DNA from: Eledone cirrhosa
Taxonomy: Eukaryota
Length of the DNA: 64,000 bases
Direction: 5' to 3'
Assembly (NCBI GenBank): GCA_964016885.1
Contig: OZ024743.1
Coordinates: 357,864,001 to 357,928,000, forward strand
Shown one piece after another: positions 63,319 through 64,000 of this stretch. How positions within the stretch are numbered: the stretch's first letter is position 1; each line of letters opens with the position of its first letter. The position numbers and the translations under genes were made by a program. The notes under the pieces are model-generated. The model had not been told where the DNA came from, did no database searches, and worked only from the letters and a program-made list of their open reading frames with translations.

Positions 63319-63850
63319 TTTAAAATGTTTCTTTCTGTCAATATATCATTGCCTTATAATCTCCCTATAACACATTTTGTATACTTTTCATCAAATTTTG
63401 TTAAATACGTTTAACTAGAGTTTTAGAAAGGAAATTCAGTCGAGCGGCTAGCTTTTTAATGTCCCAAAAATTACGCTCTACTACCTTTATTATTGAATAT
63501 ATATTGTGTCACTCACTGAGGACATACTGTTCTGTTATATACATAAGACATATATAGGCTAAATTACTACAAGGAAATCATAGACCAAGATATGATCACG
63601 TCAGGAATACTTTTTATCATGGATCAGTTTAATTGAGACAGAATATTTGTCAATTAATTGGAGGAGAAGGAAAAAACAAGAGGGAAAAAGACAACAATAA
63701 AACAGAAAATATATACTTGAATTTACCAGCCAGAAAACAGTTATTAGAGTCATGTTGTGGAAGTATGCTGTGGTTTGTTGATTAATACTACACTCTGTCG
63801 ATGTTATTATGGTATAATCTCACTATTTTGTATTCTTCTTCTTCTTCTCC

Positions 63851-63892
<42 letters not shown>

Positions 63893-64000
63893 ACCATATG
63901 CCCATAGTACCGGATAAACCTACATATATTCACATATATACACATATATATATACCTATGATCACAGATCAGCATTTAAAGTAGAATATCTGTCAAATAA

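Larger units (their letters stand above)
37231..64000. repeat. older, diverged and rearranged tRNA-iMet monomer field with inversions, deletions and TE insertions
   Basis: The same spacer motifs (gaaaggaccctcagccgacc, ctgaggacatactgttct, gatcacagatc, aatatatgctgaaaatcagc) occur in both orientations with irregular spacing. Confidence 0.9.

Overview
AT-rich animal genomic DNA; the interspersed SINE-like repeats resemble those I associate with octopus/cephalopod genomes, which is an inference. There is no host protein-coding gene. Most of the window is an initiator tRNA-Met (CAT) gene macrosatellite. From about 1.93 to 37.2 kb there are 23 highly homogenised units of about 1.56 kb. Each unit is a trimer of an older ~0.5 kb tRNA monomer: one intact tRNA-iMet, two progressively decayed pseudogenes, a hypervariable (TTC)n tract, a fragment of an RTE-clade LINE and a CA/TA microsatellite. 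The (TTC)n/(TTA)n tract lies exactly at the 3' end of that LINE fragment and appears to be its tail. From about 37.2 to 64 kb the same monomers are older, rearranged and partly inverted. In one unit the microsatellite is split by an ~8.3 kb nest of retrotransposons (two R4/Dong-like RLE elements and a Tx1-like APE-RT element), and a SINE occupies the same site in the next unit. A putative solo LTR sits about 100 bp upstream of one intact tRNA. Almost all short ORFs in the track are artefacts of repeats. A 200-N gap at 1730-1929 borders the array.
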